Below are positions 1 through 8,057 of a DNA stretch of 64,000 nt, one piece after another. Origin of the DNA: Verrucomicrobia bacterium UBA6982 (GTDB lineage: Bacteria > Verrucomicrobiota > Kiritimatiellia > RFP12 > UBA3636). A model generated the notes under the pieces. That model did not search any database. It saw only the letters and a list, made by a program, of their open reading frames with translations, and was not told the DNA's origin. Made by a program: the position numbers and the translations under genes. Position 1 is the first letter of the stretch, and every line of letters starts with the position of its first letter. The stretch spans positions 5,475-69,474 of the forward strand of contig DJYI01000049.1 in NCBI GenBank assembly GCA_002448475.1, in the 5' to 3' direction.

Positions 1-224
1 GCATCCGTTTCGACGACTCCGAAGTCGATTTTTCCAAGGACACCGTCGCCCTGTATCGATATGACGGCTCGATGTGGCGGCGCGTTGGCAAGGCCACAAG
101 CGGCATCCACGTCGAAACCAACGAGCTTCAGCCGCGCTACGATTCCGAGTCCGACAACTGGAACATCGGCTGGCTCGCCGTCGTCCGCAAGCGCATCAAT
201 CCCTTTGTGCTGGTTGTCCGGTAA
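1..224 (+). CDS. 3' end of an upstream gene truncated by the window edge. The encoded C-terminus is ...NWNIGWLAVVRKRINPFVLVVR*.
   Basis: Open frame from the window edge to TAA at about 222-224, with GC3-biased codons. It ends in the same hydrophobic-x4-5 plus Arg C-terminal motif seen on four other secreted proteins in this window. Confidence 0.45.
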   Translation, partial: IRFDDSEVDFSKDTVALYRYDGSMWRRVGKATSGIHVETNELQPRYDSESDNWNIGWLAVVRKRINPFVLVVR

Positions 225-232
225 ATGAAGCG

Positions 233-2659
233 ATGAACATGCCCCGTTTGCATTCCCTTTGCGCCTCTCTCTGCGTCCTTTGCGCCGGTTCCGCCGCCGG
301 CGGCATCAAATGCGTCGCGCACCGCGGCGACTATCCCGACGCGCCGGAACATTCGATGGCCGCTTACCGCAACGCGGTGGAGCGCGGCAGCGAGGTGCTG
401 AAGCTCGACGTTCATCCGTCCAGGGACGGCGTGATCGTCCTTTCCCACGACCCTACCTTCAAGCGCACGATGGGCTGGGACGTCCGGATCCGCGATGTCA
501 CATGGGACGAAATCCGGCGGCACACCTATCTCCTGGGCGGGCAACCCACGCAGGAGCGCGCCATATCGCTCCCGGAGGCGCTTGAAGTCGTGAAGTCGAT
601 CCCGGAGTTTTGGATTGACTTCAAGTCCTTTGATCCGGACTTTGCCGAACGGGTGCTCGCGACCTTCGCGCAGTTTGGAATCGGCCAGGACCGCCTCATG
701 GTGGCGACCTACAATGGCGACGCCCTGCAATACTTTCGCAAGGCACACCCATCGATCCGCCGCATCGTCCACATCGACTTTTGCGAACAGGACGGCAAAT
801 GGTCCCTTTCCTTTGAGAGGCACTTGGGAATCCTGTGCCGAAAAGCCGCCGACGGCGAGCCGTATTCGCCGGAAGTGGCCGAACACATTCTCGAATGCGC
901 CCGGACGCTCGACCTCTGGGGCGTGAATCTAGGCGCCGTGCCGCAGGTCGTCACGCCGGGACTCGTTGCGCGGCTGCACGGCGAAGGGCTGGCCGTCTCG
1001 CTCGCGCTCGTCCACGATGCCGCGACGGCGCGCGTTTTCGCCAATCACGGCGGGGACTTCGTCGTGACGCGCGACCGCCGCGTTGTAGCGCCGATCATAT
1101 GCGCTGGACAAAGAAAGGAACTTTGCTGGCAATGCGGGCCCAACGCCCGCATCGAGGGGAATCTGCTCATTGCCGAAGTTCCGCCAGGCGAGGAGAAGAC
1201 CGGCGGTCTCGCCACGGCCGAGATCGACCTTTCGGCGTGGGATGGCAAGCCCGTCGGGGCGGAGATCGTCGCGAGCGGCGAGCGCATCGCGAAGCCGCTC
1301 CACTGGTACACCGGCCTCAAGTTCCAGTTCGAATACGAGGATTCGCTCTCCGGCGAGTGGAGCTACCCGAACACGCCCGGACGCCTCGGCGACTTCCCGG
1401 AGCAGACGATTCGCGTCTCCGACCTCGCCTCCGGCGTGTCGCGCACGAAGGCGCGCATGATGATCGGCCTCCAGGAGACGAGCGGCCGCGCCGTCTTCGA
1501 CCTCTCCACCCTCCGCATAGGCGACCCCGTGCCTCTCTGGCCCATCACGAACCAGAACCACCGGTGCGCGTACACTGGAAGTCTTAACGCGGAGGCGCAG
1601 AGACGCGGAGAAACGCAGAGTGACAATCTTGCAATCCTGTCTACTCAATCTTCGGGCGAAAACGCCTCTGCGCCTCTGTGTCTCTGCGTTAAAAAATTGC
1701 GCGGCGTCATGTCCCCGTCGCGGAAGGAGCCGCCGTTCATGACGGAGGCCGACTTCGACACGCTTCAGTCGTGGGGCGTCACCCTGATCCGCTACCAGAT
1801 GTCGAGCAACGACGTGCGGCCCGACGGCGAAGACGCCGTCGCGTGGTTCGACCGCTGGCTGGCACCCAAGCTCGACCACTTCGATTCGTTCCTCCTTCCC
1901 GAAGCGGTGAAACGCGGCATGAAGGTCGTCCTCGACCTCCACGAGCCCCCTGGCAGCAGGGACGAGTCAAACGAAATGCGGATGTTCCACGACGAGCGCC
2001 TGGCCACACATTTCGTCGAAACGTGGCGCCGCATCGCCGAGCGCTTCAAGGGGCGCGAGGGAATCTACGGCTACGACCTCGTCAACGAGCCGATGCAGAT
2101 CTCGGAGGCGGCGCCGGACTGCGATTTCTGGACGGTCCAGAAACGCGCCGCCGAGGCCATCCGCGAAATTGACCCGGACATTCCGATCCTCGTGGAATGC
2201 AACTCCCAGGACGACCCGGCGGCGTTTGCGTCCTTCTCGCCGCTGGACCTGACGAACATCATTTACGAAGTCCACATGTACAAGCCGCTCGCCTACACGC
2301 ACCAGGGCGTCATGTGGAAGCAGGGCGAACTGCGCACGTATCCCGACGAATCGAAAGGCTGGAACAAGGACTACCTGCGGGCGTGCCTCAAGCCGGTGCG
2401 CGACTTCCAGCTGCGGCACGGCGCGAAGATCTACGCGGGCGAGTTCAGCGCCGTCGCATGGGCCCCGGGGGCGGACCAATACCTGCGCGACTGCATCGAC
2501 CTCTTCGAGGAATACGGCTGGGACTGGACCTACCACGCCTTCCGCGAATCCGGCGTCTGGAACGTCGAATGGGAGGGACCGGACCGCGACTCCCTCGGCC
2601 CCGCGAAAGGCGACACCCCGCGCAAGAAGGCGCTGCTCGACGGCTTGCGGCGGGAGTGA
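233..2659 (+). CDS. Secreted fusion protein: N-terminal glycerophosphodiester phosphodiesterase (GDPD) domain, a beta-sandwich (CBM-like) middle domain, and a C-terminal GH5 (cellulase-family) glycoside hydrolase.
   Basis: Signal peptide MNMPRLHSLCASLCVLCAGSAAG. GDPD motif HRGDYPD...ENS-type (VAHRGDYPDAPEHSMAAYRNAVERG). GH5 acid/base motif GYDLVNEP and nucleophile motif YAGEFSA. The C-terminal two thirds are paralogous to CDS 8058..9761. The ORF track begins at 74 (GTG), but the signal peptide starts at Met 233/239. Confidence 0.8.
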   Translation: MNMPRLHSLCASLCVLCAGSAAGGIKCVAHRGDYPDAPEHSMAAYRNAVERGSEVLKLDVHPSRDGVIVLSHDPTFKRTMGWDVRIRDVTWDEIRRHTYLLGGQPTQERAISLPEALEVVKSIPEFWIDFKSFDPDFAERVLATFAQFGIGQDRLMVATYNGDALQYFRKAHPSIRRIVHIDFCEQDGKWSLSFERHLGILCRKAADGEPYSPEVAEHILECARTLDLWGVNLGAVPQVVTPGLVARLHGEGLAVSLALVHDAATARVFANHGGDFVVTRDRRVVAPIICAGQRKELCWQCGPNARIEGNLLIAEVPPGEEKTGGLATAEIDLSAWDGKPVGAEIVASGERIAKPLHWYTGLKFQFEYEDSLSGEWSYPNTPGRLGDFPEQTIRVSDLASGVSRTKARMMIGLQETSGRAVFDLSTLRIGDPVPLWPITNQNHRCAYTGSLNAEAQRRGETQSDNLAILSTQSSGENASAPLCLCVKKLRGVMSPSRKEPPFMTEADFDTLQSWGVTLIRYQMSSNDVRPDGEDAVAWFDRWLAPKLDHFDSFLLPEAVKRGMKVVLDLHEPPGSRDESNEMRMFHDERLATHFVETWRRIAERFKGREGIYGYDLVNEPMQISEAAPDCDFWTVQKRAAEAIREIDPDIPILVECNSQDDPAAFASFSPLDLTNIIYEVHMYKPLAYTHQGVMWKQGELRTYPDESKGWNKDYLRACLKPVRDFQLRHGAKIYAGEFSAVAWAPGADQYLRDCIDLFEEYGWDWTYHAFRESGVWNVEWEGPDRDSLGPAKGDTPRKKALLDGLRRE
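1584..1696. repeat. GC-rich palindromic (hairpin) element of about 113 bp inserted in frame in the linker of the GDPD-GH5 gene.
   Basis: Inverted repeats TTAACGCGGAGGCGCAGAGACGCGGAGAAACGCAGAG ... CTCTGCGCCTCTGTGTCTCTGCGTTAAAAAA. It encodes a roughly 40-aa segment (TGSLNAEAQRRGETQSDNLAILSTQSSGENASAPLCLCVK) that is absent from the paralog. Confidence 0.7.
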
Positions 2660-2769
2660 TGTTCGAGAATCCGAATGCAGTCGAATGCCGTCGATAGCGG
2701 TCGATGGCAATCGATTGCAGCCGGTAGCAGTCGATTGGGCTCATTGCCAGTTTTCCTTCCAACACCGTC

Positions 2770-5472
2770 ATGTCATGCATCCCCGTCGGCCTCGTCGCCG
2801 AATTCCTTGAAAATCCGATATGCCTTGAAACCCCGACGCCGCGCCTGTCGTGGCGTCTTGACGATTCGCGCACCGGCGCGAGGCAGACTGCATATCGCAT
2901 CGTCGCCGCGTCGTCCGCCGCCAGACTCGAAGCGGAGCATTGCGACATCTGGGACTCGGGCAAGGTTCGGAGCGAAAACACGCTGGACATCGTGTGGGGT
3001 GCAGGGCCGCTGCGTTCGCGCGCTTCCGTCTTCTGGCGCGTAATGGTCTGGGACAAGGACGGCAAGCCTTCGCCGTGGAGCGCCATCGCGCATTTCGAGA
3101 TCGGGCCGTTTGCGCCGGGCGACATCGCGGCATCGTGGATTGGCTCCGCGCGGCCCCGCACGAAGTCCGACATGCCCGTGCCGATGTTCCGCAAGGCGTT
3201 TTGCCTGCCCGCCGCGCCGGTCCGTGCGCGGCTCTACGCCACGGCCTTCGGAGATCTCGCAATGTCCGTCAACGGCCGCCCCTCCGGCGATGACCTCTTC
3301 GTGCCCGGATGGACCGACTACGGCAAGCGCGTCCCACTCGTCGCATGGGACGTGACGCCGCATTTGCGCGCGGGCGAAAACGTCCTTGGCGCGATGCTCG
3401 CAGACGGCTGGTTCGCCGGGACGATGGTCTGGCCGGACCACCGCAACCATTACGGGAGGCACACCGCCTTCATGGCGCAGCTGGAGGTCGAGTTCGCCGA
3501 CGGAACGCGGCAGGTCGTCGTCTCGGATGCCTCCTGGCACTGCACGGAGCGCGGCCCCATCCGCGCTTCGGACCACTACAACGGCGAAACCTACGACGCG
3601 AGGCTTGAAATGCCCGGATGGGACGCGCCTGGCTTCGCCGCGCGCGGCTGGCGTCGCGCCGCCGTCATCGAGGACCGCCCCAACGCGGCGCTCTGCGGCC
3701 GCATCGCCGGCCCGGTGCGCCGGCAGGAGGTCCTTGCGGCCCGGCGCCGCACCGAGCCGCAGCCGGGGCGCTATGTCTTTGACTTCGGACAGAATATGGT
3801 CGGCGTGCCGCGCATAGCCCTGAGCGGCAGCCCCGGAGCGAAAATCACGATCCGCTACGCCGAGATGCTCAATCCCGACGGCACGCTCTACACCGCCAAC
3901 TACCGCACGGCCAAATCGACGGACGTTTACATCTGCGGCTTGGCAGCCACAAAGAACACAAAGAGGCACAAAGGTTTTGCGGACTCCGTGTCCTCTGTGC
4001 CTGGAAATGAAACCTACGAGCCGCGCTTCACCTACCACGGCTTTCGTTATATCGAGCTTTCCGGCGATTTTTCCGCGCCGCCGGAATGCGGCGACGTCGT
4101 AGGCGTCGTTATCCATTCCGACATGGCGCAGACCGGCGCATTCGAATGTTCCGACCCTCTCGCCAACCGGCTCTTCTCCAACATCAACTGGGGGCAGCGC
4201 GGCAACTACTTCGAAGTGCCGACCGACTGCCCGCAGCGCGACGAACGTCTCGGCTGGCTCGGCGACGCGCAGGTCTTTATCCGCACCGCCGCCTACAATC
4301 GCGACATCGCGGCCTTCATGGAAAAGTGGATGCGCGACATCTCCGACGCGCAGCACGCCGACGGCGCCTTCACGGACATCGCGCCGGATGTCTTTCCCTT
4401 CGAGAACCACGGGCACTGCGGCTACGCCGACGCCGGCGTGGTCGTCCCGTGGACGATGTACCAGTTCTACGGCGATCTCGAAATCCTCCGGCGGCACTTC
4501 GACGCCATGGCGCGCTGGGTCGGCTGGTGGGAGCGCATCGCCGGGCCGGGGCTCGTCATCCCCTACAGGGGCGAAGGCAGCTGGCACTACGGCGACTGGC
4601 TCGCGGTCGATTGCCCCGTGGACGAAGACGGCCATCCGATCCGGGAAGGCGCCCCGACCCCGACCGACCTCCTCGCGACCGCGTATTTCGCGCGTTCCGC
4701 CGGCATCGTGGCCGACGCGGCGCGCGCCCTCGGGCGCAAGGCCGACGCGCGGCGGTTCGACGCGCTCCGCCGCCGCGTGGCAGCCGCCTACCGCCGGCAG
4801 TTCGTGACGCCCGGCGGACGTGTCGCGGGCGACACGCAGACCGGGTATCTCGTCACGCTCGGATTCGGGCTCGTGGACGACAGACAAACCGTGGCCCGCA
4901 TGGTGGACAGGCTTGCGTTCCTCGTCGAGTCGCGCGACTGCTCGCTCACGACGGGATTCCTCGGGACGCCGCTCGTCTGTCCCGTGCTGACGCGATTCGG
5001 CCGCGCCGATCTGGCCTACAGGATCTTCCAGCGCCGCAAGTATCCGTCATGGTATTTCCAGATACTCGACGGCGACGCCACGACGATGTGGGAGCGCTGG
5101 AACAGCTATTCCTCCAAGTCGGGCTTCGGCGACGCGAACATGAATTCCTTCAACCACTACGCCTACGGCGCGATAGGGGAATGGATGTTCGAAACGCTCG
5201 CCGGCATCTCTCCCATGGAGCCGGGCTTCCGTAAAATACGGTTCTCGCCCATCCCGGGAGGGGATGTGACCTGGGCAAGGGCATCGATCGCAACCAGACA
5301 CGGAACGGCGTCGATCCATTGGCGCAAACAGAAGGGCGGCCGCATCGCCGTCGATCTCGTCGTTCCGCCGTGCACAACCGCCGTGCTGGAACTGCCCGGC
5401 GCCGCGCCGCGCGAACTACAGGCGGGGCACCACCACATGACCGTCCAGGGCCTTCCGGGAAACTTCGCATAG
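2770..5472 (+). CDS. alpha-L-rhamnosidase, GH78, cytoplasmic (no signal peptide).
   Basis: N-terminal PRLSWRL motif and the GH78 catalytic-region signature EVPTDCPQRDERLGWLGDAQVF. Length 900 aa. Confidence 0.85.
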   Translation: MSCIPVGLVAEFLENPICLETPTPRLSWRLDDSRTGARQTAYRIVAASSAARLEAEHCDIWDSGKVRSENTLDIVWGAGPLRSRASVFWRVMVWDKDGKPSPWSAIAHFEIGPFAPGDIAASWIGSARPRTKSDMPVPMFRKAFCLPAAPVRARLYATAFGDLAMSVNGRPSGDDLFVPGWTDYGKRVPLVAWDVTPHLRAGENVLGAMLADGWFAGTMVWPDHRNHYGRHTAFMAQLEVEFADGTRQVVVSDASWHCTERGPIRASDHYNGETYDARLEMPGWDAPGFAARGWRRAAVIEDRPNAALCGRIAGPVRRQEVLAARRRTEPQPGRYVFDFGQNMVGVPRIALSGSPGAKITIRYAEMLNPDGTLYTANYRTAKSTDVYICGLAATKNTKRHKGFADSVSSVPGNETYEPRFTYHGFRYIELSGDFSAPPECGDVVGVVIHSDMAQTGAFECSDPLANRLFSNINWGQRGNYFEVPTDCPQRDERLGWLGDAQVFIRTAAYNRDIAAFMEKWMRDISDAQHADGAFTDIAPDVFPFENHGHCGYADAGVVVPWTMYQFYGDLEILRRHFDAMARWVGWWERIAGPGLVIPYRGEGSWHYGDWLAVDCPVDEDGHPIREGAPTPTDLLATAYFARSAGIVADAARALGRKADARRFDALRRRVAAAYRRQFVTPGGRVAGDTQTGYLVTLGFGLVDDRQTVARMVDRLAFLVESRDCSLTTGFLGTPLVCPVLTRFGRADLAYRIFQRRKYPSWYFQILDGDATTMWERWNSYSSKSGFGDANMNSFNHYAYGAIGEWMFETLAGISPMEPGFRKIRFSPIPGGDVTWARASIATRHGTASIHWRKQKGGRIAVDLVVPPCTTAVLELPGAAPRELQAGHHHMTVQGLPGNFA
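3946..4003. repeat. Short palindromic element of the CACAAAG-repeat family, inserted in frame in the rhamnosidase gene.
   Basis: GCCACAAAGAACACAAAGAGGCACAAAGG....CCGTGTCCTCTGTGCCTGG. Its 5' arm matches the intergenic element at 63825..63945. It encodes ...AATKNTKRHKGFADSVSSVPG.... Confidence 0.5.
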
Positions 5473-5547
5473 GCCACTTCACATTGGCCAAACAATACAG
5501 CGTGCTATTTTTTTCCAACGAATCGAGAGCAATCGGGTATTCTCCAG

Positions 5548-6606
5548 TTGAGGGCGCTGCACGCCCGTCCCCGAATGATCTCGATCGTCGAAGAACTCCG
5601 CACGAACCGCGAAAGCGGCGCAAAACGGCTTGAAGCCGAATACAAGGCCGGTCTCATGACTCTGGCCCGGCGCTTCCACGCCGACGAAGGCGACGCCGAG
5701 GAACTCGTCAACCGCACGCTGGCCGAAGTCATCGCGGGCATCGACGCCTATCTGGAGCAATCCGCCTTTTTCGGCTGGATGTGCAAGATCCTCGAAAACC
5801 AATACTCCAAGGACGTGCGTCGCAAGTCGAACAGGACAATTGTCGAGGCACCCGAAGCATTGGACGCGGCGGACGACGCGGATGCGGCCAACCGGATTTT
5901 CCGCGAAGTCGATGCGGCGATTCTCCGCGACGCCATCGCCACGCTTCCCGACGACATGAAGGACGCGCTCATGCTCCGCTATTTCATGGACATGCCCGTC
6001 GGGCGCGTGGCGAAAATCCTGTCGGTCCCGGAGGGCACCGTGAAGTGGCGCCTGCATTGCGCCCGGCTCACGCTCTCCGCCAAGCTCGGCGCCGCCGCGA
6101 AGAAGCCGGGCGGCAGGTCCGTCCTCCTCGCGCTGGCGCTCTGCGGCTTCGCGGCACTTGGCGCGGCGGTGTGGAACCTCGGGTGGGGCGAGCCGTCCCG
6201 GCGAGCCGACGCCCCCGCCTGGGCCTACGGCGAGGGGACGGGCGGGACCGGCGGGACGGGCGGGACCGGCGGGACGGGCGGGACCGGCCTTCAACCTTTC
6301 AACTTTTCATCCGAACAATCAACTGAACAACCCCAACAGGAAACCTCCTCTATGACCATACGCACACGTTCCGCGGCGCTGGGCGCCGCCTCCGCGCTGG
6401 CGCTTGCCAGTGCGCCTTCCGCCGCCTCCGGCGACGAATACCAGTTCATCGTCTCCGGCGATCCGGCCGCCGCCGCGACGGCGGGCGTCGTCGAGGCGGA
6501 ATCGACGGCCGGCCCGCTGGACGTCCGCCACCATGCCGTCGCCGAATCGCGCGCGATGGCCCTTTCGTCGATCAAAAACGGCAGTTTCGTCATTGTCGTC
6601 AGGTAG
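5548..6606 (+). CDS. ECF-type sigma-70 factor (regions 2 and 4) whose ORF continues, with no stop codon, through a TM segment, a GTGG tandem repeat and an intergenic-type octamer array into a small secreted-protein coding segment.
   Basis: Sigma region 4 helix-turn-helix LMLRYFMDMPVGRVAKILSVPEGTVKWRLHCAR. It is followed by the TM-like segment SVLLALALCGFAALGAAVW, then EGTGGTGGTGGTGGTGGTG, then LQPFNF (from the CTTTCAAC array), then MTIRTRS.... Confidence 0.6.
   Translation: MRALHARPRMISIVEELRTNRESGAKRLEAEYKAGLMTLARRFHADEGDAEELVNRTLAEVIAGIDAYLEQSAFFGWMCKILENQYSKDVRRKSNRTIVEAPEALDAADDADAANRIFREVDAAILRDAIATLPDDMKDALMLRYFMDMPVGRVAKILSVPEGTVKWRLHCARLTLSAKLGAAAKKPGGRSVLLALALCGFAALGAAVWNLGWGEPSRRADAPAWAYGEGTGGTGGTGGTGGTGGTGLQPFNFSSEQSTEQPQQETSSMTIRTRSAALGAASALALASAPSAASGDEYQFIVSGDPAAAATAGVVEAESTAGPLDVRHHAVAESRAMALSSIKNGSFVIVVR
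6232..6290. repeat. Tandem repeat of an 18-bp unit (GGGACGGGCGGGACCGGC), about 3 copies, encoding (GTGG)n.
   Basis: Direct reading of the sequence 6232-6290. Confidence 0.8.
6291..6320. repeat. CTTTCAAC octamer array (CCTTCAACCTTTCAACTTTTCA).
   Basis: The same motif array is found at 9781-9803, 9893-9920 and, reverse-complemented, at 63740-63773. Confidence 0.7.
6352..6606 (+). CDS. Possible separate small secreted protein (85 aa) with a signal peptide and a C-terminal ...NGSFVIVVR.
   Basis: ATG at 6352 is followed by the signal-peptide-like MTIRTRSAALGAASALALASAPSAASG. It is in the same frame as the sigma ORF with no intervening stop. The C-terminal motif is shared with four other secreted proteins. 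Confidence 0.4.
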   Translation: MTIRTRSAALGAASALALASAPSAASGDEYQFIVSGDPAAAATAGVVEAESTAGPLDVRHHAVAESRAMALSSIKNGSFVIVVR

Positions 6607-6638
6607 CAAACTCGCCCAAAAACAAAGGAGAACACACC

Positions 6639-8009
6639 ATGAACCTCGCAAAACGTCTTTCGCTTCTCGCCTGCCTGTCCGCCGCGTCGGCCGCCACGGC
6701 CGTTGACGTGACCAACGTCAAGATGACCCAGAACACCGTCAACTGCAAGGTGACCATCACCTACGAACTCTCGGGACCGGCCGTCGTCACGCTCGACATC
6801 CTCACGAACGCCATTCCGAATGCTACGACCGGGTGGACATCCATTGGCGGCCAATACATCTCCAGCGCAACGGGCGCCGTATGGCGCAAGGTGACGGACG
6901 CCGACGCCGCGAACGGCGTCTGCACGATCACATGGAAGCCGGCCGATTCGTGGCTCGACGAGAGCGGCGAAGGCTTCAAGGTGGGCGACGGCTGCGCCAA
7001 GGCCGTCGTCTCGGCCTGGCCGCTCGACAATCCGCCCGACTACATGGTGGTGGACCTCTCCGCCTCAGCGCAGCCGAACACGCAACGCTACTACCCGGCC
7101 GTCGATTTCCTCCCCGGCGGGTTGCTCGACAACGGCGACTACCGCGAATCCTCGCTCGTGATGCGCAAGGTCCCCGCCGCCGGCGTCGAGTGGACGATGG
7201 GCAGCGTCGCCGAGCTTGGCCGCATCACTGCCAAAGAGGCGACGCACAAGGTGCGACTTGACGCCAACTACTACCTCGGCGTATTTCCCGTGACGCAGTC
7301 GCAGTGGGCACTCGTCCAGCCGAGCCGCCCGAATCCGTCATGCTTCCAATACGAGGCCGACAAAAAGTGGCGCCCCGTCGAATATGTCTGCTACAATGAG
7401 CTACGCCTCAGCAATTCAGAAACAAGCGGAGCGGCGACCTACTACTGGCCGAACCCTCCGCACGCCAACTCCTTCATTGGTCGTCTGCGCACGAAGACCG
7501 GCATCGCGTTCGACCTGCCGTCTGAGGCGCAGTGGGAGTTCGCCTGCCGCGCAGGGAACGGAGAGGGCAAGTGGGGCGACGGTTCGGACTACCTGTCCAA
7601 CACGACCGACGCCAACCTTGCGGCCCTGGCCTGCTACGGGCGCGCAGACATCCAGAACCAGGTGTCCGAGGGCAACACGACCTGGTCCGCCGCCGACGGC
7701 GGCACGATGCCGGTTGGCACCCACGCCCCGAACGCATGGGGCTTCTACGACATGAACGGCAATGTATTCGAGCCGTGCAACGACTGGTTCGAGAACAATC
7801 CGTCCGCGCATGGGGGAGCCGTGAACGTGGATCCCGCCAATCCCGCGAAAGACCTCACCGGCAACGCTGGCACATATCGTGTCTGGCGTGGAGGCTCGTA
7901 TCGCCACTCCGCCGCATCGTGCCGTAGCGCCTTTCGCACAGAGGGAATTTCCAACGGCCGCTACAACATCGCAGGCGTCCGCGTAGCGTGCCCCGCAAGC
8001 GCGGAATAA
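6639..8009 (+). CDS. Secreted protein with a C-terminal formylglycine-generating-enzyme (FGE/SUMF1)-like domain.
   Basis: Signal peptide. Motifs HKVRLDANYYLGVFPVTQSQW, WEFACRAG, YDMNGNVFEPCNDW and RVWRGGSYRHSAASCRSAFR are typical of the FGE-sulfatase domain family. A good RBS (AAAGGAG) lies upstream. Confidence 0.8.
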   Translation: MNLAKRLSLLACLSAASAATAVDVTNVKMTQNTVNCKVTITYELSGPAVVTLDILTNAIPNATTGWTSIGGQYISSATGAVWRKVTDADAANGVCTITWKPADSWLDESGEGFKVGDGCAKAVVSAWPLDNPPDYMVVDLSASAQPNTQRYYPAVDFLPGGLLDNGDYRESSLVMRKVPAAGVEWTMGSVAELGRITAKEATHKVRLDANYYLGVFPVTQSQWALVQPSRPNPSCFQYEADKKWRPVEYVCYNELRLSNSETSGAATYYWPNPPHANSFIGRLRTKTGIAFDLPSEAQWEFACRAGNGEGKWGDGSDYLSNTTDANLAALACYGRADIQNQVSEGNTTWSAADGGTMPVGTHAPNAWGFYDMNGNVFEPCNDWFENNPSAHGGAVNVDPANPAKDLTGNAGTYRVWRGGSYRHSAASCRSAFRTEGISNGRYNIAGVRVACPASAE

Positions 8010-8057
8010 GGCTGAAAGGCTTTCGAAGCCCCTGCGGCGATCATCCGAACCCAAGAC

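Noticed and set aside
2773-4887. A 704-aa ORF on the minus strand, antisense to the rhamnosidase gene.
   Set aside because: It has high-GC antisense composition (Arg/Ala/Gly-rich) with no domain motifs. The sense-strand GH78 gene has clear family signatures.
6232-6290. A possible CRISPR array (short direct repeats).
   Set aside because: The 18-bp units are contiguous with no spacers, and they lie in coding frame. This is a simple tandem repeat, not a CRISPR.
5479-6294. A 271-aa minus-strand ORF with PAGPAR repeats opposite the sigma-factor gene.
   Set aside because: It is the reverse-strand image of the sigma factor and the (GTGG)n tandem repeat and has no independent support.
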